Of a DNA stretch of 64,000 nucleotides, positions 15,833-30,113 are shown piece by piece (positions within the stretch are counted from its first letter, which is position 1; the number at the start of each line of letters is the position of its first letter). Location: NCBI RefSeq assembly GCF_009914755.1, contig NC_060930.1; one strand, given 5' to 3'. The position numbers and the translations under genes were made by a program. Under the pieces are notes generated by a model. The model made no database searches, had not been told where the DNA came from, and saw only the letters and a list, made by a program, of their open reading frames with translations. This DNA is from the human T2T-CHM13v2.0 reference genome, Homo sapiens.

Positions 15833-17939
15833 TTTATGTATTTTAGATTCCAGGGGTGAATAAGATGCACAGCATGGAAGAAAAGGTTGAGAATAACCTG
15901 CCAACCTATCTAGAGGGAAGAGCTACTGGTTAAACAAATGTGATAACATGCCACAGTGCCTTGCACAGGGCCTGGAACACGAGGTCTCAGGAAATGCTGC
16001 TGAATGTGAAGCTGAACCTTCTGAAGGAACCTAAGCAGAGAGTGGGTCATTCAATTGAGAGAGGTCACTCAAAAGAGAGAGGAAGACTTCTTACCCAAGC
16101 CTTTCCTTAAATAGTAATGCCTCCCTATATTAATTGCTCTTTCCCTATATCTCTATCAGATTTAGACTTGCTTCAAAACCTGGCTTACCTGACTCAAGTC
16201 TTCAAAGACTGGTATTTTAACTAAACTGACTTAGTTCTTCTCTTTTCTTGGTAGTTTAAGAGTGATTCCTTTTTGGTAATAAAGGCATAAATAGAATAGC
16301 ATTTTTGTTACTAATATATTTCTTTAGGTCTTCTTCATGACTTAGTTATGTGCTCCTGGAGACCTGGGTCCTTTATTTCTTTGGTGTTATTCTCACTACA
16401 TTTAACACATTTATGTTTACTGCCCACATAGTAGGTACTCAGCATGCTCACTGATGGCAGTGTTGGAGTAGAATCCAAGGGATTTTTATACATTGCATCA
16501 ATCTGGAAAGAAATGAATAAATTTCAGCAGTGCCAATATAGGATAATATATAAATGCATTGCCTTATTACTTTAAGCAGGTTATTTTTTTCCTTAAGTAT
16601 GACTGAAAAAAAAACCTAGGGTCAGTTTGTATAACAAATCCATAAGGAGTTCTCTAGTTATAATAATAAATATAGGTTTTTTAATCAAAATAAATGCAGA
16701 AAAATTATGTCTTCTTTCTATTACATTCAGAACTTACTTGACCCTAAACTTTGCAATAAGAAGTATATGAAAGTCAAAGAAGAATTATTAAAAGAATCAG
16801 AATTAAAGTGTTTTGCCCTACGAAATGGATACATTCACAATTGTTTTAAACTTTATCAAGTGTTCTTAGTCTGAAATAACAATGAGGATTAAGGACAATG
16901 TCCAAAGAAGATAGGCACCAAGGGAATGCTAAATTAATGTGAGTAAATGAATGAATGAATTGGTGAATAAATGAGTTGTTCTCAGATTCCATTGGTACGA
17001 AACAAGGATATGGATTTCTAAAGTAGAATGACTGATTAAACACTGAACGCTGAACAAAACAGCATTCAGAATGGTGGTGCAATAAAATATAATCCTAGTA
17101 ATGAGGAGGAGTGGGTTTTAGTCTCAGCATTGCCAGTAGTGCCTTGGGCATGTCACTTAATCTTTCAGGTCTCAGTCAAAATAAAATAATGTATACTAAC
17201 GATCTCTGAGAGTACATCCAGATCTAGAATTCTATGAATTTCATAAGTCAATTAAACTAGATTTTTTTTCTTAAAAATCAAAAGTTTTTCCAGTTTCTAG
17301 ACAAAGATTCCAATTTACTTTTGAAATTTTACTTCAGTACAGAAAACTTATGCTGCCATAAACTGCCATTAGAGGGAAATAAAATATTTTGTGAAATAAA
17401 ATTTGTTCTACCTTTTTGAAAGCTTCTAAAGAAGAGGGAAAATTCTTTCCCTAAAAAGTCTTTACAAAGAGTATACATCTTTGTCTCTCAAGGATGCTTT
17501 AAATGTTCTCCTACCTCAGGTTCAGGGGGCAAACAGATTTCTCTACTATATTCCAGTTCCCATCCATTGACAGCGACTGCATGCAGCCCTTTACATAAAG
17601 GATTCTGAAACCCCTTTGAGCCAGTGGTCCAGAGTGCCAAGATCACATCAATAAAGTGCACTTCGGAAGAAAGGAGTTGTGGCCTCAGACTGAAATATTT
17701 GCCAAGTGTGAAAGATTAACTGATTTGTCAAGGACCCTTCAAGTTCTATATGTTTCTCAACTTGGTGTTAAAGATAATCATTCTTCAACAATGGACATAA
17801 AGTAATTCATTCTGTATTTAACTTTTAAATATCTATGAATTCAGCAACAGCAAATATATCTCATTGCAGTGGACTCGGCTGCTCCATTTTTCATTCACTC
17901 TTGCCCACTATCAATAAGGATCTATTGAACTTACTCTGT

Positions 17940-18722
<783 letters not shown>

Positions 18723-20393
18723 AATGCCATGCCAGGGCCAACACTGCAGGGAAAACTTTTTTGAGCACTTTTCACCCATACTTGACAGTTGTGCAAGATG
18801 TCTCTGGCCCCTGGCAGATCTGCCTTTGAACAATTACATTAGTTTCTACCAGCACAGGGGTGATTTTAGTTCATCTTCTACCTTTGATTATTAGTTCTCT
18901 GTGAACACTTTACACAAGGCCCTAAAGGTGCATAATAATTCTACTCCTTCTATGAATGATCAATTGTCAAGAGTAGACTAGAGTCTGATTTCTTTGCCCA
19001 ACACTCCCACTCTTTCCTCCAATTCCAGAAAGGTTCTTCACTTCCTCTTCCTTCTGACAAGGACACTTTTTACAGTCCTGATTCCTCACTACACTGTGGC
19101 TTTCAGTGAAACTGCATATTTGGAACCAAAACTTTGCTGGTATATATAAAGGAAACTTGGAGTTTAGAAATCTCTTTCTCTCAGCAAATCCATGGCAAGA
19201 CTAACTACTGGGGATTCAAGGAAGGCAGCTCTGAGACTCAAAGCACAATAGTGAAATTGTGGTCTAGGAGTTATCTCCCCTTACCCCAAACAATGAATGA
19301 CCTTGATTCAATAGGTAGAGAATAACTGTAAGGCAACATAATTTTCAGTGAATGAAAAATATGTCCACTTAACATTTTAAAAACGAACACCTGCAAATTA
19401 ATCAATCTAGAATATTAAACTTCAGGGCTATATATTAAATAAAACATTTTTATTAGGTGGTTACTCTTTTAAAAAGAAGGTAACATAAGTACTAGTATCC
19501 AATCAAACATGTCTATGTTGTCACTGAAGTTTCTCTCAAAGAGGCATTTAGAAGATGGTCATGCAGAGAAAATACTTTCATACAGTCCTCACTAACAGGT
19601 ATGCGTATAGGAGCAATTTTGAAAACAGTTAATTTTTCAAAGAAAATGAGTAAAAAGAAACTATATGCATTTTGCCCCACATCCTTGCATTCCATAATAT
19701 ATACTCACCCACTTTCCATCTTTGGGGCATGTTCTGGGTAATTTTTCTTCCTTCCTATCTCATGTCAAATATCAGGTGAATTTATGTCATTGTTTTGAGA
19801 ACAATTTATGTATAATATTTTATGCAATCTCCTCCTATGTTTAGGAGGTTGCCATAATGTGTCAAATGTAGATTTTTCTTAATACTTCATAAAACTATCT
19901 CTAGAAAACTAAGTGCATCCTTTTACTAAGTTCATCCCTAGCACACTCACACAGCTCCTTTTGCTGCTGCTTTTTCTTGCAGCTTCTGCTTCTGCACTCA
20001 CTTTTCCACCTCCCTTAGTTACTCGGTGTCCTTATCAGACACAGGTCTCCCTCATACTCACACTTCATAATGCCCCTGAACAGGTCAGACCCTCTCTCCT
20101 TGTCAAATTTCAGAGATGTGTTCAGAAGGAAACAATCTAACTAAAATAATTCACCCATTCTTAACTTTCTTGGGAATATTTGCATTTAAAATAAATTTCT
20201 AATTGTGATGATTTCAAGTAGTATACATAACGATGTGAATAATTTTAACAATGCTAAAAAATAAGTAGAGGAAAAATACAAATGTACATGAACAGAGGGA
20301 AAGCAAGCTACACATACAAACATAATTATTTGAAGAAGAAATCCTCAAGGCATTAGTTGTCTATTAGAAACCAGGCTGTCCTTGAATATCTAG

Positions 20394-20763
20394 TATACCA
20401 GTTCTTTTGGGCTGCCACAACAAAATACTTTAGATTGAGTAATTTATAAAACAACATAAATGTATTTGTTACAGTTCTGGAGGCTGGGAAGTCCAAGATC
20501 AAGGTGTCAGCAGAGTCATTGTCTGCTGAGAGCTTGCTCTCTGCTTCAAAGATGGCACCTCCTTGCTATGTCTTCACATGGAACAATGGGCAAAGGGAGC
20601 TTCCTGGAGCCACTTTTATAAGGGCATGAATCCAATTTATAAGAGTGGAGCCTTCATTACTTAATCACCTCCCCAAAGGCCCTACCTCTAAAAAATACAA
20701 TCACATTAGAGATTAAGTTTCAATATATAAATTTGGCAGAGAGCACATTCGAACCATAGTACA
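20394..20763 (-). mobile_element. MaLR solo LTR (MLT1A/MSTD-like)
   Basis: Hallmark ACAGTTCTGGAGGCTGGGAAGTCCAAGATCAAGGTG...TAATCACCTCCCCAAAGGCCC...ACCATAGTACA. Confidence 0.85.
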
Positions 20764-21589
20764 GTGTATTTTTTTAAAAACACAAAAGACACCATATTGT
20801 ATATAACTTACAATGTTACTTTAAAAAAGTATTGATTCTTATGATCATAATGGTGAAAATTCACCAAAAACTCATGAAAACCCAATATATCATTCCTAAC
20901 TAAATCAGAGAATCAAGTCACAATGAGGAAATAAATCCATTAGTTAAATTGCCTCCTTTCCTAAACACTTAAGGTAAATCTATGTTGTAGGGCAAAATGA
21001 TTGTACCTCATGTCATTAAATCTCAGAATTACGGAATTTAATGAGATAGTGCTTCATGTTTCTATGCACTAAAATGATAAGTTCTGCTGCCATTTTTAGT
21101 AGACAAAAGGAAGGCCTCCTGGTAAGGAGGCATTTTCACAGGATTCTTTTCAATGAGAAGATGTCTATATTATATTCACAAACCTTAAGTAATACTATCC
21201 TAGCTCTTAAGACAAGAGAAAAGGGAAGGAAATAACAGGCTGAAGAAAAACACTTGTGACTTCCCCCCAAGATGAGAACATTGAAAAGATTTTTCTCTGA
21301 GTTCCAAACCATAATTGCTTCTTATTTATGTACCCAAAGCTGAAAATTTGTCCCACCAATGGCCTGGACCTTTGTACTGCTTTGATTTTGTGAGGCTTCA
21401 AGTATAGAATTAAAACTCAATTCAGAGAAAGAACTGATCTAGAACCAGACACTCTGTATAGGTGGTCAGATAGGGTATATGGTAAACCTCAGTTTTGCTT
21501 TCTTGCTTCAATTAGGTATCAACTTTCTGACTGGCCAAAGAGCTCCACATTTGGCTTTATACAGAGGTTAATAACCTGCCCATTAGCTC

Positions 21590-21999
21590 TGGGGTGGATT
21601 TAAAATAGCCTACAATTCTTTGCAGTTCCTCCTATCAAAAGATAAAGTCTATTGGGTAAATTCTGGAATCTAGGCTGGTCTTTTGACTTGCTTTGGTCAA
21701 AAAACTGCAGTAGAAGTGACGCTTGTAGGGCTTCCAAGGGGCCTTGCAACTTCCTCTCTCACACTTCTGGAACCCAGAGAGCTCCACGCTCTTGAGATGT
21801 AATACTACCTGGGAAGAGAGGCCTGCTATCTCTGCTGTGTCAGCTGACCTGACAGCTGGATGTAGCATATGAGAGAGCCCAGGAGAGACCAGCAGGAGAG
21901 TCAGTCAACACACAAAATTGTGAGAAGCCATAAATAGTTGATAGTTTAAGCCACTAAGTTTAGAAGTGGTTCATTATACAGCAATACGTAACTGATACA
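21590..21999 (+). mobile_element. MaLR solo LTR (MLT1F/G-like)
   Basis: Ends with hallmark TTTAAGCCACTAAGTTT...TTATACAGCAATACGTAACTGATACA. Confidence 0.8.
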
Positions 22000-24457
22000 A
22001 GCTCCATGGAAAGAAAGTCCTTTGTTCTCCTCTATCTTCTTGCAGAATACTTCTCAGTGAGGCAATCTTATCTACAAATATAGAATACCACCTGCCAAAT
22101 TGGAAAAATATCATGACCACCAGGCACCTGGAGCTTTTTCATAATGGCTTGAAACCGCCTACACCTGTGACATACCCCACAGGCCAAAGTGAAATCAAAA
22201 TATGTTTCTGGGAAGAAAAGATTATATGGGGTGAAGAGAAGGAGAGAAGGGCAGAGCTAAACCAGCCCTTTATCACTAGTGAGTAAGCAAGGATTAGATT
22301 TCAGAATAGGGAACTTTTAGGGTGGGGAGAGCTGGAAAGCAGAAGGGATGAGCCTCAGCAGGGGATTTTTGATAAGGATGGGTGCACAAAACACTGTCTG
22401 GGGAGAGCATGTTACAAAGGAATACCAGAATGTATAGAGGGTGCTTGGGCATGGAGTTGGGGCAAGAGAATGGGAACAGCCAGACACTTACGAAGACCAA
22501 CCCTGATTTCTTTGGTAGTTACTCTAAACATTTTCAAACACTTGTAGGAACAGGGGAAATGAAATGTCATCTTTCTCACATGAGAGGAATCTGTCCACAT
22601 TCTCACTACAGTAAACCAGTCAAATCATTAACCCACACAAACCCCCACACAGGTATCAGCCGTGAACCACACTCCCACAGGATCACCACTGAGCCACAGG
22701 AATTGCTGGAAGAGGAGGAGGCCTGATGCCACTCTTCGAGTCTGGCTACCTCCCTAGCAAACATGTAGCCAACCATGACCACTGACCTCCTCAAAGCAAG
22801 GCAGAAAAGGGGCTTGCCCCCCTACCTCTGAATCAGGGCCAGCCTAAGCAAAAGAAGGAATCCTTCCTTATCCCCATTAAGATTCACCATTCGTTCTTTA
22901 AAAGCTGTATTATCTTAGACACAGAATTTATCTCTTTCCTCACCACTATCACTGCCCCCCAAGTATTGTTCCTCTTCCCTTCCCCACAACACACCACAGA
23001 GCCCTTATGACACAGCAGTTACCACATGGCTTATGTGCCTGCTTCCCTCACTGAGGGTATTCACCTTGAGGGCAGGGGCCTAGTGTCCCTAGTTTTGTAT
23101 CTCTTGGGCCTAGCATGGTGCTTGCCACATGTTCAGTGAGTGCTGAAATAAAAGTAGCCAGACAGCCAAAAGTAGCTACCCAAAGTGGCACCAGCAGTAA
23201 CAAATATAAACCATAACTGATAGTACATATATAGGTGGAGAGAGGTTTTCATTCTGTTTTGTTTATGAATATGGCAGCTTTGAAGAGGTACTTCCTAAAG
23301 CTTGTTGCTGGGTGTGTCCAGTTCATTTCTGTCATAAACCATAGCATTGCTTTTCATCTGAGCACCAATAGAACCCCTAATATAATTCCTTCACTGTTCT
23401 TGCCTTAAAGGCCATGCACAAAACTCTGCTTCAGTGTGTAGCCTGGAGTTACCCATAGTAGGCACCATCAACAAATATTCATGGGATGAATGGATGGCAC
23501 ATTGACGTTAGCTGCCATCTTTCAGTATGCTTTCCAATAAACTACCCTTACTCACTGTGGATTGTGCAAGGCTCGTTTTGGACCTAACAGGAAAAAATAA
23601 GTAAAAAGTGACTTAGTCAAACCATGCTTTAAGATCAATGTCAGCTTTTGCTGCTGCTGTTTCTTGACTCCCTTGTTCTTTCTTTTCCTGTGACTTCTTG
23701 TTTCTGATTGCCTGGCTATAATTTTAAACATGAACTTTGCTTTGCTCTTTGCCATTCTGATTCTAGTTATTCATGGCGATTTAGCCCATGACCTTGCTCT
23801 GATGTTTGTTGTGTGCCCACTTCCTTACTTTATAAGCCTTCCTGGCTTGTAACATACCCTGGCCCTCTCCCTTCATGCAACTTAGTTTTAATCAGAGTGC
23901 ATTCCTCTGGAAAGGCAGGATGACATAGTAGGAAGGGCACTGGCATTAAATCAGACAACTTGGTCACAAGTCCAAGCACTGACACTTTTGTGTCACTTAG
24001 GGACCCAGCAAGAATTTTTGAAAGACATTTTTATAAAATGGCCATTTTCTATAGTGCAGACAGGGTTGAAGAAATCAAGAGGAGATGTTGAGGCACCAAG
24101 GAACTAAAAAGAGGGGGAAGCCATTTCTATCCCTAAGCCCGAGGAGTCAAGGAGGGTAAATGGTGATTCTGAAACCTACTTGAGTGCTAGAGCCACAGAA
24201 AAAGGACTGCATGACAGGGCTGTAGTCTCCTGAAGGATGTGGCAAATGATGCCAAAGCAGGGAAGGAGTGGCATCACTTTTCCTTCCCATGATCTGATCA
24301 CCCACAGGTACCCCTGGCTAGGCCTGAACTCAACTGGAAAGCAGAGGAAAGGAGCTCTGGTTATTTAGTTTATGGAAGTCAACTTCTTGGGGGACAGAGA
24401 GGACAGAGAAAATAGACTTTGGGGTAATACAAAACAGCCAGAATCTTATAAGCTTAA

Positions 24458-24885
<428 letters not shown>

Positions 24886-27800
24886 TACATCTTATACTTT
24901 CATGTCTTTGATAGTAACCCTTCAACCTAAATCTGTGACCACAACCACTCAACCTTCACTGTTGAACTTCAGAAGAGGTTCCTGGGATGAAGGGTACATG
25001 GATATAAATCCTCATCCAAAGATAAGAATAGGAAAAATAAAATGTGACTTTTATTTCCAACTTTTTATTCCAAAAAAGAAAGTAATAACATAAAGATAAA
25101 AAGAATGGCTCTTAGTGAGATCCACATTCCTCCCTCATCTGTGATTCCTACAAACAGGTCTAAATGAGTGCTCTCTTTATGAGATGCAGAAGTCCTTTTT
25201 CCTGCTCTCTGTAGGACTCTGCCTAGAATCTCGAGTTTATAATTTGTTCTTTCTTGTTGTCCCAAAGTCTGCAGACATCTAGACAGATTGAACTTGTCCT
25301 GGATTTATCTTTGCTGGGCCAGAGTCATCTAGGATTCTTGTAATGGGTTAGGCATTTCCAGAAAATCAACAAGTTTGAAAGCAGATTTCTAAATCTGGAC
25401 CTATTCAATTAAACACAATTCTGTAAGTAAAAGCTGTGATGTCACACAACTAGAAATAGCTCTGACATTTGCAATTACAAGTCTGTCTTTCTTTCTTAGA
25501 AATAGTTACATTATTGTCAGAGCTGAAAGGAACTTTGGAAATGGTTTAGTTCAATTTCCTCATTTTTCAGATGAAGAAACCTGACACACAACAATATAAG
25601 TAGAAAACAAGGACTCACCTTGATCCCCAGATTCACAATTTAGTGCCCTCTTACTACAACATACAGCCTCTTTGTACTAAAGCTCCATGATCATGCAAAA
25701 TTTTCTGAGCTGTTAAATTCTTTATATTGAGTACTATTGGATATTCACATTTTAAGTGAGCCCAGCAATCAATTGATTTGTGAAATAAGTTTTAAACTTA
25801 GGCATATACCAGATGGTGCTTGCCACAATTACATAAATGTCCCATAATTTCATCTGGGAGGAAGAACATTCTTTCTTGTTGACAGAAAGTAATCCATCAT
25901 GGGTCTTGATTTTCTCATTTTCTTAATGCTATATAACCATATAATCACTTTTTAAATTGCTACAATAATTCTGTCTCCTTTCTTTCTCTCTCTAAAAATA
26001 GTTTTCCATCATCTACTAATTTCAATGGTGTTTAAATGCTGCTACCCACTCTGTATTTCAGGGATGACTTCTAGCTGCATCAGTTACACACATCCCGCCA
26101 GCAGTACCCTGTTTGACTTACTGACTCAGATGCATCCAGATCTGAGTAACTGGAGAGCTGTGCATTTTCAGAATCTGCATATTCGCTCTGTGGTATAATG
26201 ACTGATGTCAGCCCCAACTTTGCCAAACATCTCTCATCACTACTAGTTATATCCCTTTCCAAACTATTGGGCTTGCTCTCTCTTTCTGGAGCACACCCCC
26301 TTTCACATATTTGCAGTATGGATTCAACAATATGACAATCATTTTCTTTCCTTAGAGTGCCACTGCTGCAATGGATAAAAATAACTTGTTACTGTTGTCA
26401 CTGCCTGGTTGGAATAAGTGGAAGGAGAAATGAGAAGTTGCAGTATCTAGTCGGGATATGCTTAGCCTCCTATCTTTGTTCAAAGCTATTCTATTCTCCT
26501 GGCCCAAGTCTCCCAGTCTCCTGGTTATCCAAAACTCCCTGGAACTAATGTGTTTTGGAGAAAAATAAGCAAATGTTGACCTCTATGCTGAGCCTATGGT
26601 TTTTAACTTTCTTTAGGCTTGAGCTCTGAAATCCACTGGCAGCCACAGGCTACTGTGAGTGTTGTTTTCTTGTTTGAAGAAAAAAAAAAAAGGTACTATG
26701 TTTTAGAAAATATGCCATGGCATGCTTTTCATAAGCTTCTAAGACAGTTGAGGGAACGTAAAACTCAGCCAGGCAAGTAAACACACATTTAATATGACGG
26801 TAATATGGATCAGGAAAAAGTTATTCTAAAGCACAGCATCAAGAGAGAAAGAATACTCTCCTCGTTTATTTAATGTTTTCCTTAAGTTTCCTCTGAGCAG
26901 AGCTTATTCCTTGACAAGCTTTTCCTTCCCACTGCATCTAGCACTTCTTTTCTGGGATGGCTCAAGAACTGTAGCTTCTCATTTGGTTTGTTTATTTACT
27001 TACACTGCCATTCCTGTTCTCATCCAAACTAACATGTGTCTGCACAATGCACAGTGAAAAGTAAATGTCTTTCTTCATGTTTATTTCCCTGAAGTTGTTC
27101 ATCAAATAGCTTTTTCACATCCCTTTTGCAATCTCATCCCATCCGGCTCAAGTATCCCAGATTAGAAAGGCTGTCTCTGGAGTCCTTTTCAAAGGGAGCC
27201 TCCCATAGTCTTTAAATCCCCCATGTTTTATGGTGCAGATATTCAGGATTTGAGGTATTAGCAAGAAGGAAAGCAAAGCAGATGGGGACAGGCACAGTAA
27301 AATAGAGTGGCTTCTTTTTTGGATAATCATTATTGGAATTGTCTTGTTATCTGTAACTTCACTGGTTCAAAGTGATAAACTCAGTCATTTATAAGTAGAC
27401 ATTTTGCAACAGATAAAGGATGGAAAGTCTGTGTGTGGGGGTGTGCACACACATGTGCATACAATGTACAGAAAAAGTTCTACCACTGAAAGAGGGATGT
27501 TGTAAATGGGAGCTCTTAAAAAGAAGGCAAAAATCATAATCCTGTTGAGGTGTCATCTTCCTCATAATATCAAACCTAAAGGAGACTATGCCTACTTTCG
27601 AAATTCCAACACGAGCATGCAAAATAATAAATGATATTTAATTAAAGAATTAACATCAAAAGGCCATCTCTCAGATTCTAATTTTTAGCATCTTGGAAAT
27701 AATGCATATTTCAAGTTCCCTTCCTTTTGCATCCAGGCCACTTTATCGCCTCTATCCTACTTTTGGGATGTATAACAAATATACCACTAAAGGACTCCAG

Positions 27801-28729
27801 AGACATACAATTCACAGCATTGCAAACTTACAAAATGCTCTAATTCATGTAAATTTACCTAATTTACATAAATTGAAGGCAATCCAGTAATAGGGATTAC
27901 AAATGGAGGAAGGAGATAGAAGTGCAAGTGTCACTTGCTACTCTGCAAGGCTTTAGCAATTGACTTACACTGAATTATTTGAGCACAAAAATTAGCAAAG
28001 CACCTATGAATCAGGGACTCTTTCAAAGTGACCTCCCAGAAGTTTGCTGCTGTGTTAACCTGTAGTGCTAGTGTAGTCCTTCAGATATTCTGTTAAATAT
28101 AATACATAGGGCAGGCTTATGTTAAAATCACTTGAGGCTTGTGACTTTCGACTAAATACTTCTTCAGTAATTACTGAAAAGTTCATCGGCTGGTGCTACC
28201 GGAGAAAAGACGTGGAAAGCTCACCATTTACTAACGACAGCCAGGGTGTGCCCCACTCAGGGGTGCCGGCCCTCTGTTCTCCCATCCCTGGGTGGGCCAG
28301 AGCATCTTACTCTCTGCTGCCTTGGGCCTCCACTTGGGCTGGGAAGATAAGAAAGTAGTGGACCTTCCCCTTCCTTCCCCAAGACTGGGAAAATCTTTCC
28401 AAATCTTATTCCCAGTCTTCCAGATGAGAGATTAGAATGTACAACAGATCCTCTCAAGAACACTGGGAGACCGAGGGTGGGAGAGAAAACTCCAAGGGGG
28501 GCGAGCTGACTATAGAGGGAATTGCCTGAGCGGGAAAGGAATCTTCCAAAGCCACAGAAAAGCCTTGGTTTGGAAGAAAGCCGTAGCACAGCTGCATTTC
28601 CAACGGGAAGGTCCTGAGCGCACACACTTCTGGGTCCTCCCCGCTCGGAGCAGGTAAACCTCAGAGTAGCTGACCGGCAGCACCCACAGAGTTTCCTCCC
28701 CACCACCCGCCTGGCGACCAACTGCAGCC

Positions 28730-28856
28730 GAAAAGAAAGAAAGAAAGGAAAGAAAGAAAGAAGAAGGAAGGAAGGAAGGAAGGAAGGAAGGAAGGAAGGA
28801 AGGAAAGAAAGAAAGACAAAGAAAGAGGAAGGAAGAAAGAAAGAAAAGAAAGAAAG

Positions 28857-28935
<79 letters not shown>

Positions 28936-28957
28936 GAAAAAGAAAAAGGGAGAAAGG
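28730..28957 (+). repeat. Compound purine microsatellite (GAAA)n/(GGAA)n
   Basis: 228 nt of A/G with a single C at 28817; (GGAA)10 at 28766-28805 and (GAAA)19 at 28858-28933. Confidence 0.97.
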
Positions 28958-29655
28958 CAACAGAGGAGAAGGTCAGGAAAGCCGGGAACAAGTCAGCAGC
29001 CAGAAACTCTCCAGCGATCTGCCAAGGGGGAGAGGGTAGTTGCGCGCCGGCGCTGGGGATGGGGTGGGGGCGCGGGGGCACAAGGGCGCAGGGGCGCACG
29101 GCCACCGACAGCCGGGTGCGCCTAGCTTGAGGCCGCGGAGAGGAGCCGAACTGGGATGGGTGGGGGGTCTTCGGCCTCAACACTGCCTGCCAGCCCCAGT
29201 GCGCCCAAGTCTCCCCGCCAGAGCTGCCCTTCTGGAGGGGCTCTTCGCACGCACTGCTTTCCCCATTCTTCTGGCTGGAATTCTCCGGCCGTCACTGCAG
29301 TGTCCAGAGATGCTGCGCTGTAGACCCGGGACCCCTTAGGCGCCTCTTCCCGTCCCTCTGCCAAAGCGCAACGCCTGTACTTTTCCAGCTCCCTCTTTCC
29401 CTCTTGAAATTGAAAGTTATTGAGGTCGCTCAGGGTTGTTGCTCCAGCAGTTTCCTTCCCCGCCCCCGAGCTCCCCCCGCCCCCCACAGCCATCCCCCCT
29501 CCTCTCCCCCTCCCTGCCCTCCTCTCCCTCCCCCCTCCCTGCCCTCCTCCTCCTCCTCCCCTATGTGGTGCTCCCGGGAGCCCAGCCCAACACTGGAGCG
29601 TCTCCTGCTCGCGCACGCCAGAAGCAGCTCGGGGTCTCTCCGCCGCCCCTTGGCC

Positions 29656-29736
29656 ATGGCCGCTGTGCCGACGGCGCCCGCTCCCCTGCGCTCCAGGGGC
29701 CCCCGCCGCTGCAGCCGCAGCCGCCGCAGCTTCTGA
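29656..29736 (+). other. uORF1 (26 aa, MAAVPTAPAPLRSRGPRRCSRSRRSF)
   Basis: GCCATGG strong Kozak context at 29656; TGA ends 29736. Translation not shown, and it depends on the TSS lying upstream. Confidence 0.5.
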
Positions 29737-29814
29737 GCCCAAGGGGCCGCCGCTGCAGCCGCCGCCGCCGCCGCTCGCCCGCCCGGATCCCGCCTGCGGC
29801 AGTTGCCGCACAAC

Positions 29815-29925
29815 ATGCTACCTGCGGCCGCCCCGGCGGCTCCTGGAACCCCGGTTCGCGGCGATGCCAGCCACCCCAGCGAAGCCGCCGCAGTTCAGTG
29901 CTTGGATAATTTGAAAGTACAATAG
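29815..29925 (+). other. uORF2 (36 aa, MLPAAAPAAPGTPVRGDASHPSEAAAVQCLDNLKVQ)
   Basis: AACATGC (A at -3) at 29815; TAG ends 29925; translated by hand. Confidence 0.5.
29864..29914 (+). other. uORF3 (16 aa, MPATPAKPPQFSAWII), nested in uORF2 in another frame
   Basis: GCGATGC at 29864; TGA ends 29914. Confidence 0.5.
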
Positions 29926-29980
29926 TTGGTTTCCCTGTCCACCCGCCCCACTTCGCTTGCCATCACAGCACGCCTATCGG

Positions 29981-29986
29981 ATGTGA
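29981..29986 (+). other. Start-stop element ATG-TGA in the leader
   Basis: CGGATGTGA, weak context (C at -3). Confidence 0.45.
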
Positions 29987-30113
29987 GAGGAGAAGTCCCG
30001 CTGCTCGGGCACTGTCTATATACGCCTAACACCTACATATATTTTAAAAACATTAAATATAATTAACAATCAAAAGAAAGAGGAGAAAGGAAGGGAAGCA
30101 TTACTGGGTTACT

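Larger units (their letters stand above)
29590..30113 (+). other. RSPO3: RSPO3 5' UTR (non-coding part of exon 1); 5' boundary approximate
   Basis: GC-rich sequence contiguous with the ATG, with no obvious acceptor just upstream. The TSS cannot be fixed from sequence alone and is placed just after the C-rich tract at 29450-29560. Confidence 0.55.

Noticed and set aside
28257-29183. 308-aa minus-strand ORF, the longest in the track
   Set aside because: It is open because the (TTTC)n/(TTCC)n repeat and GC-rich DNA lack stops; the product is F/L/S low-complexity sequence with no domain and a non-ATG start.
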